Positions 1-11,700 of a stretch of DNA of 39,619 nucleotides are shown piece by piece (the first letter of the stretch is position 1; each line of letters starts with the position of its first letter). Source of the DNA: Dimargaris cristalligena (Eukaryota). The position numbers were made by a program, and so were the translations under genes. The notes under the pieces were generated by a model. The model searched no databases. It was not told where the DNA came from and worked only from the letters and a program-made list of their open reading frames with translations. Location: contig ML002349.1 of the NCBI GenBank assembly GCA_003614675.1, positions 1 to 39,619 on the forward strand, in the 5' to 3' direction.

Positions 1-372
1 TATCTTTTCAAATAAAGTTCAGTTTTCAAGGATTTGATTTCAGTTCATAGCAGCCCGCTTGGCCGTGTCCAACGCCCCGCCTACTGTTAGAAGCCTATCC
101 CCGAGACTCTTGACGGACTAAGAGTGGTCAACTCGGGCGACATATTGGGATGCCTATTTATTAAATAAATCGTGTTAACTATCTGATCTTATTTATTATG
201 ATAGAAATAAGTCTAGGATAATGACCGGTAATAATTTAATTGGTCTGGATTATTCCGTATATAATATAATGCTACTGTGGCAATATGGATAATGGTGGGG
301 CTATGGACGGATGCCTTTATCTGTGTTGATGGAAAATATTGAATTAGTTTACTGAAACGGCCACACAAAAAT

Positions 373-1041
373 CTAAAATACCGAATTAAATTGTATGTTC
401 CAGCCAGGGTGTGACGTCTTCAGATTTTTCTCAGTTGGGGATATTTTCGATTGATATTTTTCAAATAAGGTGTCCATAACTGCAAACTCTCTATACATCA
501 ATCTACTAACATCTTCTTTCCGACTTTTTGATGTAAAATAGTCGGTTTTATATATATCCGTATATTCCCTGGTGGTGTTCTTTAGATAAACGTTTTGGCC
601 AATGAGTATAATGTATATAGCGCAGCCCCGGGGGTGCACATCTCTACTATCTAATATACTATAAAATTTTAACTAACATAGCTACTTCTCCTATAACCTG
701 CAACCTCGACTAGTGTATACCATAGAATGTACATTATACTGCAGATAGCCTCGCTCCAACCGGTGGTCACTGTTTCCGAGTGTTGCCATCTAGTTTTGTC
801 AATGGAAAATTACTTGGTGGCGGCCCTTTGTTTTTCGGTATATAGGGCGGATTTGTTGCTGTTGTATATCAAAAGGCCCCATTGACTTTACCATACATAT
901 TACAATCGGAACCCTATACAGCTGGACTGAATTTCTCTCATATGGGTAAAGTTCAGCTTGGTTGTACAAGGTTTTAACTGATATGTGTATGGGAAAATCG
1001 GTGGGATGTTTATTTTCAACCAGTAGTATTTGCCTCATCAA
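373..1041 (-). pseudogene. Possible decayed ORF of unknown product
   Basis: Two ORFs of 80 aa or more (799-1041, 373-639) lie in the same minus-strand frame and are separated by five stop codons in AT-rich DNA. No recognisable domain. Confidence 0.15.
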
Positions 1042-3131
1042 ATGGATTTTTCGTTATACAGCCTTGCTGAACTACTCCCATATCTTATGTTCCAGTATTC
1101 GTGATTTTTTAGGGGTATACGCCTTATTCGATAAAGAGTACACGATTTAGAGAGCAATTGCTTAGCTGTGAATTGTTTTACCTCCACCATCTCTTCAACT
1201 GAAAAGGAACCGTTATTTTTGGCTCTAGTCGGGAATTCTAGAGTCTCTCTTACTTGGTTGCTGTTTCCTCAATCCACTGAACCCGACCGCTCGGACCCAC
1301 AGTTGTATATTTGGACTGTGGTTTAAATAGGTACCGGTAACTATCTTTCATACCAAAAAGTCAAGTAGATTTATAGTGCCACAAAATTTAATTGCCAGGT
1401 TATTAATACTGACATCCAGGCGCCCCAAATGATAGCAATTGTAACTCAACTTAATAGATGTTTGAATCTCGGAGAATAGTACAGATTATAGCAAAATAAT
1501 AAACGCTGCTTTAAAGTGCATGTCTAGAAAACCGAGGAAAACGGAGATGGACGAACGAAAAACTATAACACGAAAGTAATTGTAGTATGTGAAAATGGGA
1601 TGTCGAATAACTGCGGGATATTCGGTCATTAAGTACGGATACTCGTATAACCAAAATGAAGGTGAAGAGGCTTATCAGTTGAAAAATCGTACATATTCAA
1701 ATAGATATAGACAGTCACTTTGAATTAATGATGGAAGAAGGCAGTTTATCAATATTTAATTATTTCTGGGTGGCATCGACCATCAAACGTGAAATATTTT
1801 TCACTACGACATTACTAGCCACACCATATAGTAGGGATGTATTCGCGACGGCCAATGATTAACGCTAGAAGGGCGAGCCAGTCGATGGGGCCAACTAACT
1901 TAGGGAGGCAACAGGGGTTCTGGTCACTACAACAAGATTTTATTACACCGTGCACAGCTGAGCCGGCATCAAAAACTACAAAGAGCTAACGACTCAACAG
2001 CTAGATAGGCTAACATACCCAAGCACTAAAAATACAATACCCTTGCGGTCAACCCTTATTATTTGACCACAGTCTGAAGATGGCCCCGTCAATCTAATTT
2101 ACCTCATTATTATCCATTGTTTTTTGCCCTTCTCTTCTCCTCCCTCTTATCATTTCTTCTATTTTCCCTCTTTACGCGTTATCCTCCAATTGGTATACCC
2201 AACCGTACCACTATATCTGGCCCGCTTATTCCCCATTGACCGTTTTTGAGGTATTCACTGGTAGTAGCCCCCTGGTTCTTTGCCGATCGTTGGTTGTTTG
2301 AATGTCTTTCAATTTTCTATACAATGCCCAAATCGTAGTATAGAAAGCCTAAATGGTGTGGAAAGTGAGATGTCGGAGAAGAGGGGCAGGGGACAGTAAA
2401 GCTTGTCGTCTATATTGAGCTCCCCGCTAATGGCCAGTGCCATAGCTATACTGGTAGAAAGTGGTGTGGAGTATTGCCTAGACCCAGTAATATGGGTAAT
2501 GACAATGCCCAGCGAACACATTTGCCCACTACGACTAGGTGAGGGTTAGCACCATAAGGGTGGAGTTTGGGGGTCGCAGTGGGTAAAGAGCGATAATTCT
2601 AGAATTCGAAAAAGAAACGAACTATGGACGGCAGATATTTGGCCAATCCACAACGCTCTTTATTATAACATATTAATGGGGTTTAGCGAAATGAGGCCAG
2701 TACTTCGAAAATGATTGCTCATTGTTTCAATTTAATATAAAAATCCTCATTGATATAGGCACTGTGTTTAGAGAGCATTGGTCATTTGGTTGAATGCCAG
2801 AAAGGCCAGGCATAGGCAGAATACTTTAGCGATTTACAAAGGCAGGATGTATATGTTTAGTTCAAGGGCTGTTATTCCCCCGTGGAAAAATTGGCAGAAA
2901 ATGGTGGCGACTAGCGATGCGTCTAGGGGCGAGACCGTATTATCGCGAAATTCTCTGGTTATATCATAAAAGATATGAAAACCGGCCGGCGGTCTCTCTT
3001 AATTACATCATTAACAACATCCACACCTCCATTGCCTGCATATTCATTGACTTACATTTCCCTTGCAACCTTCCGCTCTTTACCCAATCCACCATTACCC
3101 ATTCCATCACCATTACCGTACCCAAGCCAAA

Positions 3132-3332
3132 ATGCGTACCATGTTCGTTATCCCCACTCTGATGGCCTTCACTGCCATGATTTTCTTTGTCACCGTGACT
3201 GCCGCCCCCGCCGCACCTCGCAAGAGTGGTTCGATTAGAGAGAAAGCGGGTCGTTTTGCTAACTCCGCCGTAGGAACCGCAATGATTGGCGCAGGTTTCA
3301 GCGCTGGTATAACTAAAGTCACGAGCCCCTAA
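3132..3332 (+). CDS. Small secreted cationic peptide precursor, 66 aa, paralog A
   Basis: ATG in CCAAAATG context. Sequence: MRTMFVIPTLMAFTAMIFFVTVTA (signal peptide) + APAAP + RKSGSIREKAGRFANSAVGTAMIGAGFSAGITKVTSP. Frame is preserved in two paralogs. AATAAA at 3487. Confidence 0.85.
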   Translation: MRTMFVIPTLMAFTAMIFFVTVTAAPAAPRKSGSIREKAGRFANSAVGTAMIGAGFSAGITKVTSP

Positions 3333-3486
3333 TCTATTTTATGTCAACTTCTCTGTCATTGCCAGCCCACTTTCACGGTCTCTGAACAACTTGGGTTGCC
3401 ATGAGTGATCCGTTTATAGCCGTCGATACCCCAGGTTGACGGGTTATTTTTACCCGGTCACACTTGGTGGCGCAACCAGCATTAAC

Positions 3487-3492
3487 AATAAA
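3487..3492 (+). terminator. AATAAA polyadenylation signal of peptide gene A (also 16772-16777 and 19624-19629 in paralogs)
   Basis: CAATAAAAC is conserved at the equivalent position in all three copies although the 3' UTRs are diverged. Confidence 0.6.
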
Positions 3493-5212
3493 ACTCTATC
3501 TACTGCGTGAACGAAGTCGTGTATATGACTATACTAGGTCTAATCAACATAATTGGATTACGCGTATCTCTCATCTGATGATAATTGCGGCAAGTTTTAT
3601 GATATGGGGGAGACTTGACCTGTCTGTATAATGAAAGTTTCGATTGGTACACGGGGATTTACTGGTTAAAAAAAAATCCTCCTCCCAGTTTCCCGTATAT
3701 ATACATCTATATGACTTAAACTTTAATACAGTTGAATTAAATTCCATCTGTATCGATTGGGCAATGCTAGTCACTATCAGCTATATGTTTAGGAGCAACC
3801 CTGTTAGTGATGATCAGGTATGGATGTCATAACAGTATCGTTAAAATTGGCTGACCTCTTGCCTGATACTCAAGTGTAAAGCCAGAATTGACCCATATAT
3901 ATTTATATGGCATGCCATATAATGTTACTTTTTGTTGAAGATTAATCTCTCAATGTCCTTCCGCCCTCCGGAAATGAGGCAATTAAATTGAGAAAGTCGT
4001 CCGTAAAGGTAGAGCAGTCTGCCTTCCCGCGGCTGTAGTATTGGATGCACGAGATGGAGACGGTATTGCTCAGCTTATAAATAATCTACAGTCATATTTT
4101 CGGACAATTATGCCTAAGGATCGGCAGAGAAGTTAAATTCGGGTTGACATTGCACCATGGGTGGGGGCCACAGTGATTTAGTGTTAGGAATGGCCAATAA
4201 TTGCCAAGGGGCATTAATACAGGCGAGTCATATTATTCCTTGAACTATTGGCCCACTCCCTTTTAATGGCTATTCAGAACATGTCGTTCTACGCAACCAG
4301 TTGCGGGGAGGAGAACACATTCAGAAATATGTTACCTGAGGCATTCCATGGGAATACTCCCAGTCCGTGTTCGGGATAGTTGGTTACAACTGTGCTGGGA
4401 TGGCCGTCCCCCAGTGGCAACTTCCTACCAAGACTCACCTAAAGTACTATTCTGAGGTCCTTGACATGTTTCGGCGACCGTTTGGTTCGTCAGCACTTTA
4501 CAAAATTGGTGTGTTTCTCTCACATGGAAATTGCTACCTGCCACTCGACCATGTAATAATGCGTTAGCCAATTATAAATACCTCCCTAGCCAATGTAAAT
4601 TTTAAAATCCCAAATGAATATTTTATACAACAGTAATTCTTCCAGGGTTAAGTACGGTAGATCGCATTTATCTCTTGTTCCTGACTATAGTATTGGGTAA
4701 GTAGCGAACCATGCCGAAATACTGCAGCTTTTCATTCGAATTCCCGCCAGCGGCCCTAATTTCATCTGCAAATGGTATTGTCACCTTAAGCGGATTTCCA
4801 TTTTACTCTCTTGGGATTTGGCTGATATGCAGCAGATTAAAAATTATGCAGCTATATGGGCGTGTATGAGTGCATACGGCATTGAATTTGACGGCAGGCA
4901 ATACCCGGAAGTCTCGCGTTCATGAGTAATGGGGCACTTGCTACTTAACCCGTACGTAATTCCCCTCAATTGAATCACGCGCTAACCACAATATTTGAAT
5001 TTTGGATTTATATTATGGCAAAAGTCCCATATGTCATGAACAGCTAGAAAATACACCAGAATGTCGTGCTTAGGAAAAGGTCAAATGTATACAGTATTGT
5101 AAGGAAGAGCTGTAAAGCCGACCATGTCCGGTCGCTCATGTTCGGCACTCAGGGATTATTATGGTCATGTCTGTAACCGTTACCTTCTTGGTGCTCATTT
5201 TTTTTTTTCAGG

Positions 5213-5527
5213 TTATTCTCCTTTTGGGACCTTAACATGTTCGTTGTCCACATCCGCGTCCTCGCCCTCGCTCTTTTCCTCGCTTTTGCCTTCGTTCTTT
5301 TTCTCATGACCAGTTAATTCACGGACCTTTTCAATTCCCTTTTTTAGAGACTCTTCAACACCAACGTGGACAGCCACCTCTTCAAGCAACTCGAGGACGG
5401 CGAATCCTTGTCGACGGTATAGGGTGGTTGCATGGGGTGTATCACTGTCGACTGGTTGAGGTCGAGCGCTAACTGATGCGACAGCAGCGATGCCAATGGC
5501 GGTAAGAGGTAGCCAGCGAATATACAT
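5213..5527 (-). CDS. Small secreted protein, 104 aa, prepro-peptide with Kex2-type site and acidic/lysine-rich tail
   Basis: Signal peptide MYIRWLPLTAIGIAAVASVSA, pro-segment ending LYRR, then QGFAVLELLEEVAVHVGVEESLKKGIEKVRELTG and an E/K/D tail. TATAAA on the minus strand at 5645-5650. Confidence 0.85.
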   Translation of the reverse strand: MYIRWLPLTAIGIAAVASVSARPQPVDSDTPHATTLYRRQGFAVLELLEEVAVHVGVEESLKKGIEKVRELTGHEKKNEGKSEEKSEGEDADVDNEHVKVPKGE

Positions 5528-6698
5528 AATGGCGAGTGATTATTATTATTGTTATTTTTTACTTTACGGGGATGTGTCAAATTATAATAATTGTTCTGTG
5601 TAAAGAAGATGCTAAGCCTGGGATACTAAAATAGTAATAAGCCATTTATAATACATAGGTAAAAAAGCATAGCTAGTTGGCGGTGGGTTAGTACAAACAA
5701 TTCATAAATTGTAATGAGGGCAAACCGAATGGTATAACACACGGTATTAGTAATATATATAGTGAAAATTGGGACTTACATTTCAATAGTAAAACAACGG
5801 TTTGTAGATTAGCACTATTAATTTCACGCAAAAACTGAACAGAGTGCTAATTAGGGCACTGGCCCGAGTTTATATATTCCGCCTAAATACATTTATACTT
5901 TTAGCAGTGGCCTGGTAAAACTATGAGCCACTAAAGGAAAAGGGGCTTAATGTGGACCATTTATGAAGGCCGCGCTAGAGTTCTGAGTACGCCAGGCCAA
6001 AATGAGGGACTGTATGATGACTTAGAGAGATACCTCCACTATTACATATACTTGGCCGCGCTTGGTCGGCGCTATTGAATTCCATTGAATATTTATGGGC
6101 GCATGTCCAGAGGACTTGGCACCGGCCCCTTTGGGGAATGGGAAGGGCGACTGGTCTTGTAATACCGCCTCAACGAACACTCAAGACATAAAATGTGGGT
6201 TAAATAGCAGGCGAGAGTATCACTAAAGGCCAAGCCTGCTTCACTGATAGTCAATTAAGGGGCCATTATCCTTACACGTTCATTTTAGGGAGCGACTTGT
6301 TGGCTACCGGTAAGCCCGCCCCCCGCCCTCGCTATAATCACAGGAATAAAAGGATTACAATAATATACGACCAAGACCATAGATAGGCCGATTACAAAAG
6401 CCCGTAATACTTTTTCGCCAAAAACTTTTCCCGACCGGCGGTACACGATGGTGAAAAAGTATTCTAGGAACGGGCCCCCGCATAAACTGATCACCGGATT
6501 TGGGCTTACCAAAAGCCATGTCTGTTGTTAACACTCAATTGGTCCCCGTATAAAGAAAGTGTTGGCAATCCGGTATGGATGGCTAGATTATTGGCCGTTT
6601 CTCGGCAAAACTTATCCATGACCCCCTCCCCCTTGGGGTATACTTAGAAGGCTTGGCGCGAGGACCATCCGTCTTTCAGGGTGCCACAGACAATCCCC

Positions 6699-6714
6699 TA
6701 TATATATATATATA
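6699..6714. repeat. (TA)n microsatellite (others near 31808-31823; (GT)7 at 13641-13654)
   Basis: Read directly from the sequence. Confidence 0.8.
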
Positions 6715-7221
6715 CTCTAAGGCGTGGCTACCGTTGGATAAATATTTAGCCTATATGTATGTGGACAGGCCCCCCTCTATGGTTTGCAGCCCTGGCCGAC
6801 CACGCTTTCAATACAGCCCTAAATAATAATAGAAAAATAACAACGCCCGTTGAGTAGTTAATAAATGACATATTCAAGTCAGGTGTCATGGCATATCTCG
6901 GGTAGGAGCAGATTAAGGTACTCAACAGCTGGGTTCCATAGCACTATTTACAATGATATTTTCCTTCGAGCTAACTCCCAAAAACATCATCATATATCCG
7001 TACAAAACAGATCCACGGGGGTTTTATGGGCCAGGGGAAAAGAAGCCACAGGTTTGCCAACTAAGGACACTCCCAGCGTAACTCCCCTTATTAAACTGGT
7101 GGGCTGAGAACCGATAATTTATTTTAATGTTTAGGTCCATTTTATTTAGCCACATAAATGGCTGGTATACTACTCCAATGGCCGAAATATCATTGGAGGA
7201 CCGTTAGTTACCACTTGGGAC

Positions 7222-7614
7222 TTAATAATACGGGCGGCGGCTGTTAGGACGACCCATTGGCCTGTAATCCTCGGGGTGGTTATCTTTTACATAGCGGACA
7301 AACCTATCCACGTTGGTGGGGAATTCAATAGGAGACAGTAGGGGAGGTCGCATATTGGGGGGAATTCTACGGTTGTCGTGGAATTCACCGACCATTTCGC
7401 CCCAGTTCTCTACACTGGGACTAGTCATCACCAACTTCAGGAGCTTTTTGTATTCAACGGCATAGTTGGAGTCCTTGGCATCTTTTGGGGCAGCATCAAC
7501 GTTTACAACCAGGGCACTGGGGTCTTTGGAAGTAAGCTGTCCATCTTCCACCGAGGTTGGCCGGGCGGCCACCATCGTGACGCAGAGTGATAAAAACAGC
7601 AAACGCGACTGCAT
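7222..7614 (-). CDS. Small secreted protein, 130 aa, unknown function
   Basis: Signal peptide MQSRLLFLSLCVTMVAA followed by RP, intronless ORF, TATA-like element near 7786-7794. No recognisable domain. Confidence 0.8.
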   Translation of the reverse strand: MQSRLLFLSLCVTMVAARPTSVEDGQLTSKDPSALVVNVDAAPKDAKDSNYAVEYKKLLKLVMTSPSVENWGEMVGEFHDNRRIPPNMRPPLLSPIEFPTNVDRFVRYVKDNHPEDYRPMGRPNSRRPYY

Positions 7615-8720
7615 TGGCTTAGAGAGCGGCGCGGCGAGGGAGATATGGATTTTCGATAAGCTGTGAAATTAGTTACCGATTGCTAGGAAATAGCCAAAGT
7701 ACAGCGTTGAGGGAAATGATGCGAGCATTAAAGTAAGAGTGTTGAGATTGAATCTTGAGAAGTCAGTAGAATGGACCTACTCGTTAATATATAATGTGGG
7801 CCCAAACATCGCCGGTTGTTTCGCTAGGTTGATTTATTGATTGATAGACGATTGTACAGTGGAGGCCTGTACAGTTGCTGCCGCACGATAGTTGAATATG
7901 AAACGAATTTGTTTATCCGTCCAGCCAAGTCAGTACCACCCAGTGGCTATTGAAAAACGATGCTTGGAGAGCAACCAGAGCGAGAAGTGGAGTGTGTGGG
8001 CCTTCCGGACAGCTTCACCATTTCCTACTTCGATGGTATACCAAGTCCGGCAGATGTAACCTTGCGATACAAGTCCCTTGATGTATAAGCATGATTGGGT
8101 TGGCTCAGCAGCTTAATATATTTCAAGAGTGCGGGGGGGCCAAAGTGCCGTGGCAAAGCACATGGAGCAATGTGCGTGTGTGAGGATGGTACACGGGAAC
8201 AGGCGCACTTGTTCTCAAGCACCACAGTATCCCTTTGTTTATTGAATACATTGTACAACCATTACCCGTTATTATTCAGCGTCTCCCCCTTCTCATTGTC
8301 TCCCGTCTGTGCCAACAATGACTAAACATGTGTATTGAGCAACAGCTTCCACGACTTGGATTGGACCTGATGGCTGGTTTGGTGAAACTACCCAAAGAAA
8401 GCCTATTGTTAATAGGAGGGCCAGGGCCGCCGGTAATCCGCCCCCCTAATAGATACCGACGTTTGTCCCGGCTGCAGACTGAGGCGCCATACGTTAATGC
8501 CCTAGCATATATATGCGATGGGTTTATTAGAATGCCTATATATAAAATCGGTTGAGTGTTCGGGTTAGTTCACCACCGGTGGCCCACTTCAGCCAAAAGA
8601 AGGTAGCTATCCGCGTGATACAAAATGGGGGTGCGTTGTAAAAAAAAAGAAAAGAAAATATAACAATGCAGTAGTAGGGAATGAAAAAAAGCTCGAGTTA
8701 CATGACGGGTCTAACAGAGA

Positions 8721-11700
8721 TTAATGAAGGGTCTGCCACTGCTGGACAATGGTGAGGGCCGAGAAACGGTTGAGCATTTCCTGTTCGGAATTGGCTAAGC
8801 CATTGGAACATCCGGTGGGACTAGAGCTGCTCTCATTAGCATCAAAGGCGTCAGCCCACTGGAGCAGGAACTTCAGATCGGCCTGGCAGGTCATGGGTAA
8901 ATGGGCCACCGCCGGTACCGCCTTGGTTGACGACTGGTCGGACGGAAGGGGGGGAATGGCCCCCATTGGCTGACTGGTAAGGGCATTGAGTTTCTGGGAA
9001 GCCTCGAATTGTTCGGCCACCGTTTCGGCGCGGTCCACGACCGATCGGGGGATTCCTGCCATCCCGGCCACGTTCATGCCGTAACTCTTGGGGCATACCC
9101 CGGGGACCAGTTTGTAGAGGAAGGTCACGTCGCGGTGGGCGGGGTCGACGTGGCAGTCCATATGCATGAGCCGGACCTGGGGGTGGGCGGCCATTTCGCG
9201 GGTGAGCGCGTGGTAGTGGGTGGAGAAGAGGCCCACACAACCCACCCGGGTAGCCAGATGGTGAAGTACGGCGAAGGCCACCGCATAGCCGTCGAAAGTA
9301 CTGGTACCCCGGCCCAGTTCATCCAAAATCACGAGGGAGCGCGGCGTGGCCTCCCGGAGGATTTTCGAGGTCTCGCTGAGTTCGACCATGAAGGTACTCT
9401 GGCCCCGGAGGATATCGTCGTGGGCCCCAATGCGGGTGAAAATACGGTCCACTGGGCTCAAGCGGCAGCGGCGGGCAGGTACGTAACAGCCCAGCTGGGC
9501 CATAATGACGGCCAGGCACGTCTGCCGCAGCAGGGTGCTCTTACCACCCGCGTTGGGACCCGTCAACAGTATCATACTGGGCTGGGCCGTGTCGGGGGAA
9601 TCGCCCCCTAAAATGGTGTCGTTGGGGATAAAGTCGGAGCCGGCCGTTTCGGTCACGCAAGGGTGGCGCAGTTCGGTTAGTTCCAGTACGCTCCGACCAT
9701 CGGGACCGGGTTCGACAAATTCCGGGCGACAGGCGGGTGACCCCAAACTCTGGGCACAGAGCGCCAATCCAACGAGGCAGTCCAGTTCGGACACGGTGCG
9801 CACGGCACGCAGCCACTGACTATAGTGCTGGTCGAACCGTTCGTACATTCGCCTCTCGATGTCCCGGAACACCGTACCGCGGGTTTCCAGTATTTCATTG
9901 AGTCGGCGCACCAGTTTCTGGGTAACGGGCGTCCAGTAGCGGTTGACGGCTTTGGTGGCCGATAATTTAGTAAAGTCGGCCGGCACTTTGACCGCCTTGG
10001 GCACTTCCAGCTGGTACACCTCCTTACCCAAGTCGCGGTACTCCAGTTTAGGACACTTGAGGGCGCGGCGCTGTTCTTTCAAATACTCCGCGAATTCCGC
10101 CTCAATCTCTGCCATCTGCTCGTTCACCGAGTCGAATTGGGGTTCGACCCCGGGGGTGGGGATTATGTTACTCTCCTTCTCGGCGACCTGGTGGTCAAAG
10201 GCCTGGGCAAAGAAAGCCAGGGGTTTGCTCAAGTCAGGGCATTGTTGGATAAGGGTAGCGAACCGGGCCGAACGGAACGCTGCGGATTGAGTCCGCAGGT
10301 CGGTTATGAGGGTCTGGATGTCACCAAACCCCCGTAACACGGTAAGTAAGTCCCGGACCCGACAGGTACCGGCGTGCACCCGACTGATCAGGCGTTCCAG
10401 GTCGGGTAAACGGGCCAATTGGCTGCGCAACTCGTCCCGGATAGGCGCCTGGGCATTCAAGTCGTCGATCATATCCAGGCGCTCGTTGATTTGGCGGGGG
10501 TTCCGCAGGGGGTGGCACATCCATTGGCGAAACAGCCGTTTACCGAAGGGGGTCGTGCAGCGGTTCAGCAGTTGGAATAGGGTACCGGCCTCCCCCTGGG
10601 CGTGCGTGGACGCCAAGTAGGTCAGCGAGTTATCCTCAGAGGTCTGGAACAACTCCAAATTGGCCATCGTTTGGCCGTCCATAAGTAGCGATTGGGCCTG
10701 GCACATGGGTCGGTACACTTCAAAATTGCCCAGGGAAACCAGCTCGCGGTCGAGTTTGAGGGACCGCAGGTACGAAATAAGGCCACCGACGGCCGCCATG
10801 ACAGTGGAATCGGACCGACTGGCTCGCAGCGCCGCGGGCCAGGCCCGGAATGCCTCCAACTCGGCGGGTTCATCTCCAGCCATGGCATCAGGGCCGTTGC
10901 CACTGTCGGGGATACTGTTCGATGAAGCAGGGCTAAAATAGGATGGACTGCGGAGGAGCTCCGTTTCTGTAGTAGCGGCGTCCCAGAACTCCTTGTCAGG
11001 GGCCAAGCCATTCCAGACGGGAGTATGCAGCAGATTCTTCAACAGTCGCCAAGTGGGTTTGCTCAAGTGGCCTCGTTCATAGATCATTTCCTTGGGCTGG
11101 ATCTGGATTAGCAGAGTCTCCAAAATGGTTCGGTTCGTATCATCTTGAAACCCGCACAGTTGAAAATGCCCGGTAGCGGTGTCGACGAAGCAGAGACCGA
11201 TGTAGGGGGCCGAATAGTCGTTGGCTGCACGTTCCTTGATGGCTAGGCAGTAGGTGGCCATATCGTGGCTAAGCATCGAGCCGTCCACAAGAGTCCCCGC
11301 GGTTAAAATACTCGTCAGTTCGCGGCGGATGATCTTATCCTCTTTGGCGATTTTACCCGCCTTTTCGCGCATCGATTTACCTAGGGCGGTTTCCACCTGA
11401 TCCACCTTGGCCACCTTATACCCCTTGGCGACGAACTGGGCGGCCCAGAACTCAAATGAAGTCTCGGGCACTCCCACCATGCGCATGTTGACCCGGTCGG
11501 TTAATTTGAGGTCGAATTGCTGATGGCCAATGTCAGCGTCGTTTTCGTACAGCTCGTAGAACTTGCCCTTTTTAAAGAAAACAACGGTGTCGAAGTATTT
11601 GGCCTTGATGTCCCAGAATTGTTTTTCGAAGGGGGTAAATTTCTGCCAGGCGGCGGGGGGAATGTACAGGGTCCGGGGGTTGTAATCCGGGTCGGAGACC

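Larger units (their letters stand above)
1837..3900 (+). repeat. Segmental duplication copy A (promoter + secreted peptide gene + 3' flank); weaker homology continues to about 5000
   Basis: Shares blocks with 15233-17030 and 17980-19720, e.g. AACCCTYATTATTTGACCAC (2051/15360/18196), CCGATYGTYGGTTGTTTGAAT (2283/15562/18424) and TTAGTTCAAGGG (2857/16138/18993). Boundaries are approximate. Confidence 0.9.

Noticed and set aside
2975-3238. 87-aa alternative-frame ORF over peptide gene A, also open in B (16057-16521), plus antisense 69-aa ORFs
   Set aside because: Conservation follows from near-identical DNA; its ATG in A is ATA (the TATA box) in B; no protein-like features.
7095-7120. GGGCTGAGA resembling a TPP riboswitch junction
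   Set aside because: Remaining conserved TPP elements are absent and there is no thiamine gene nearby.
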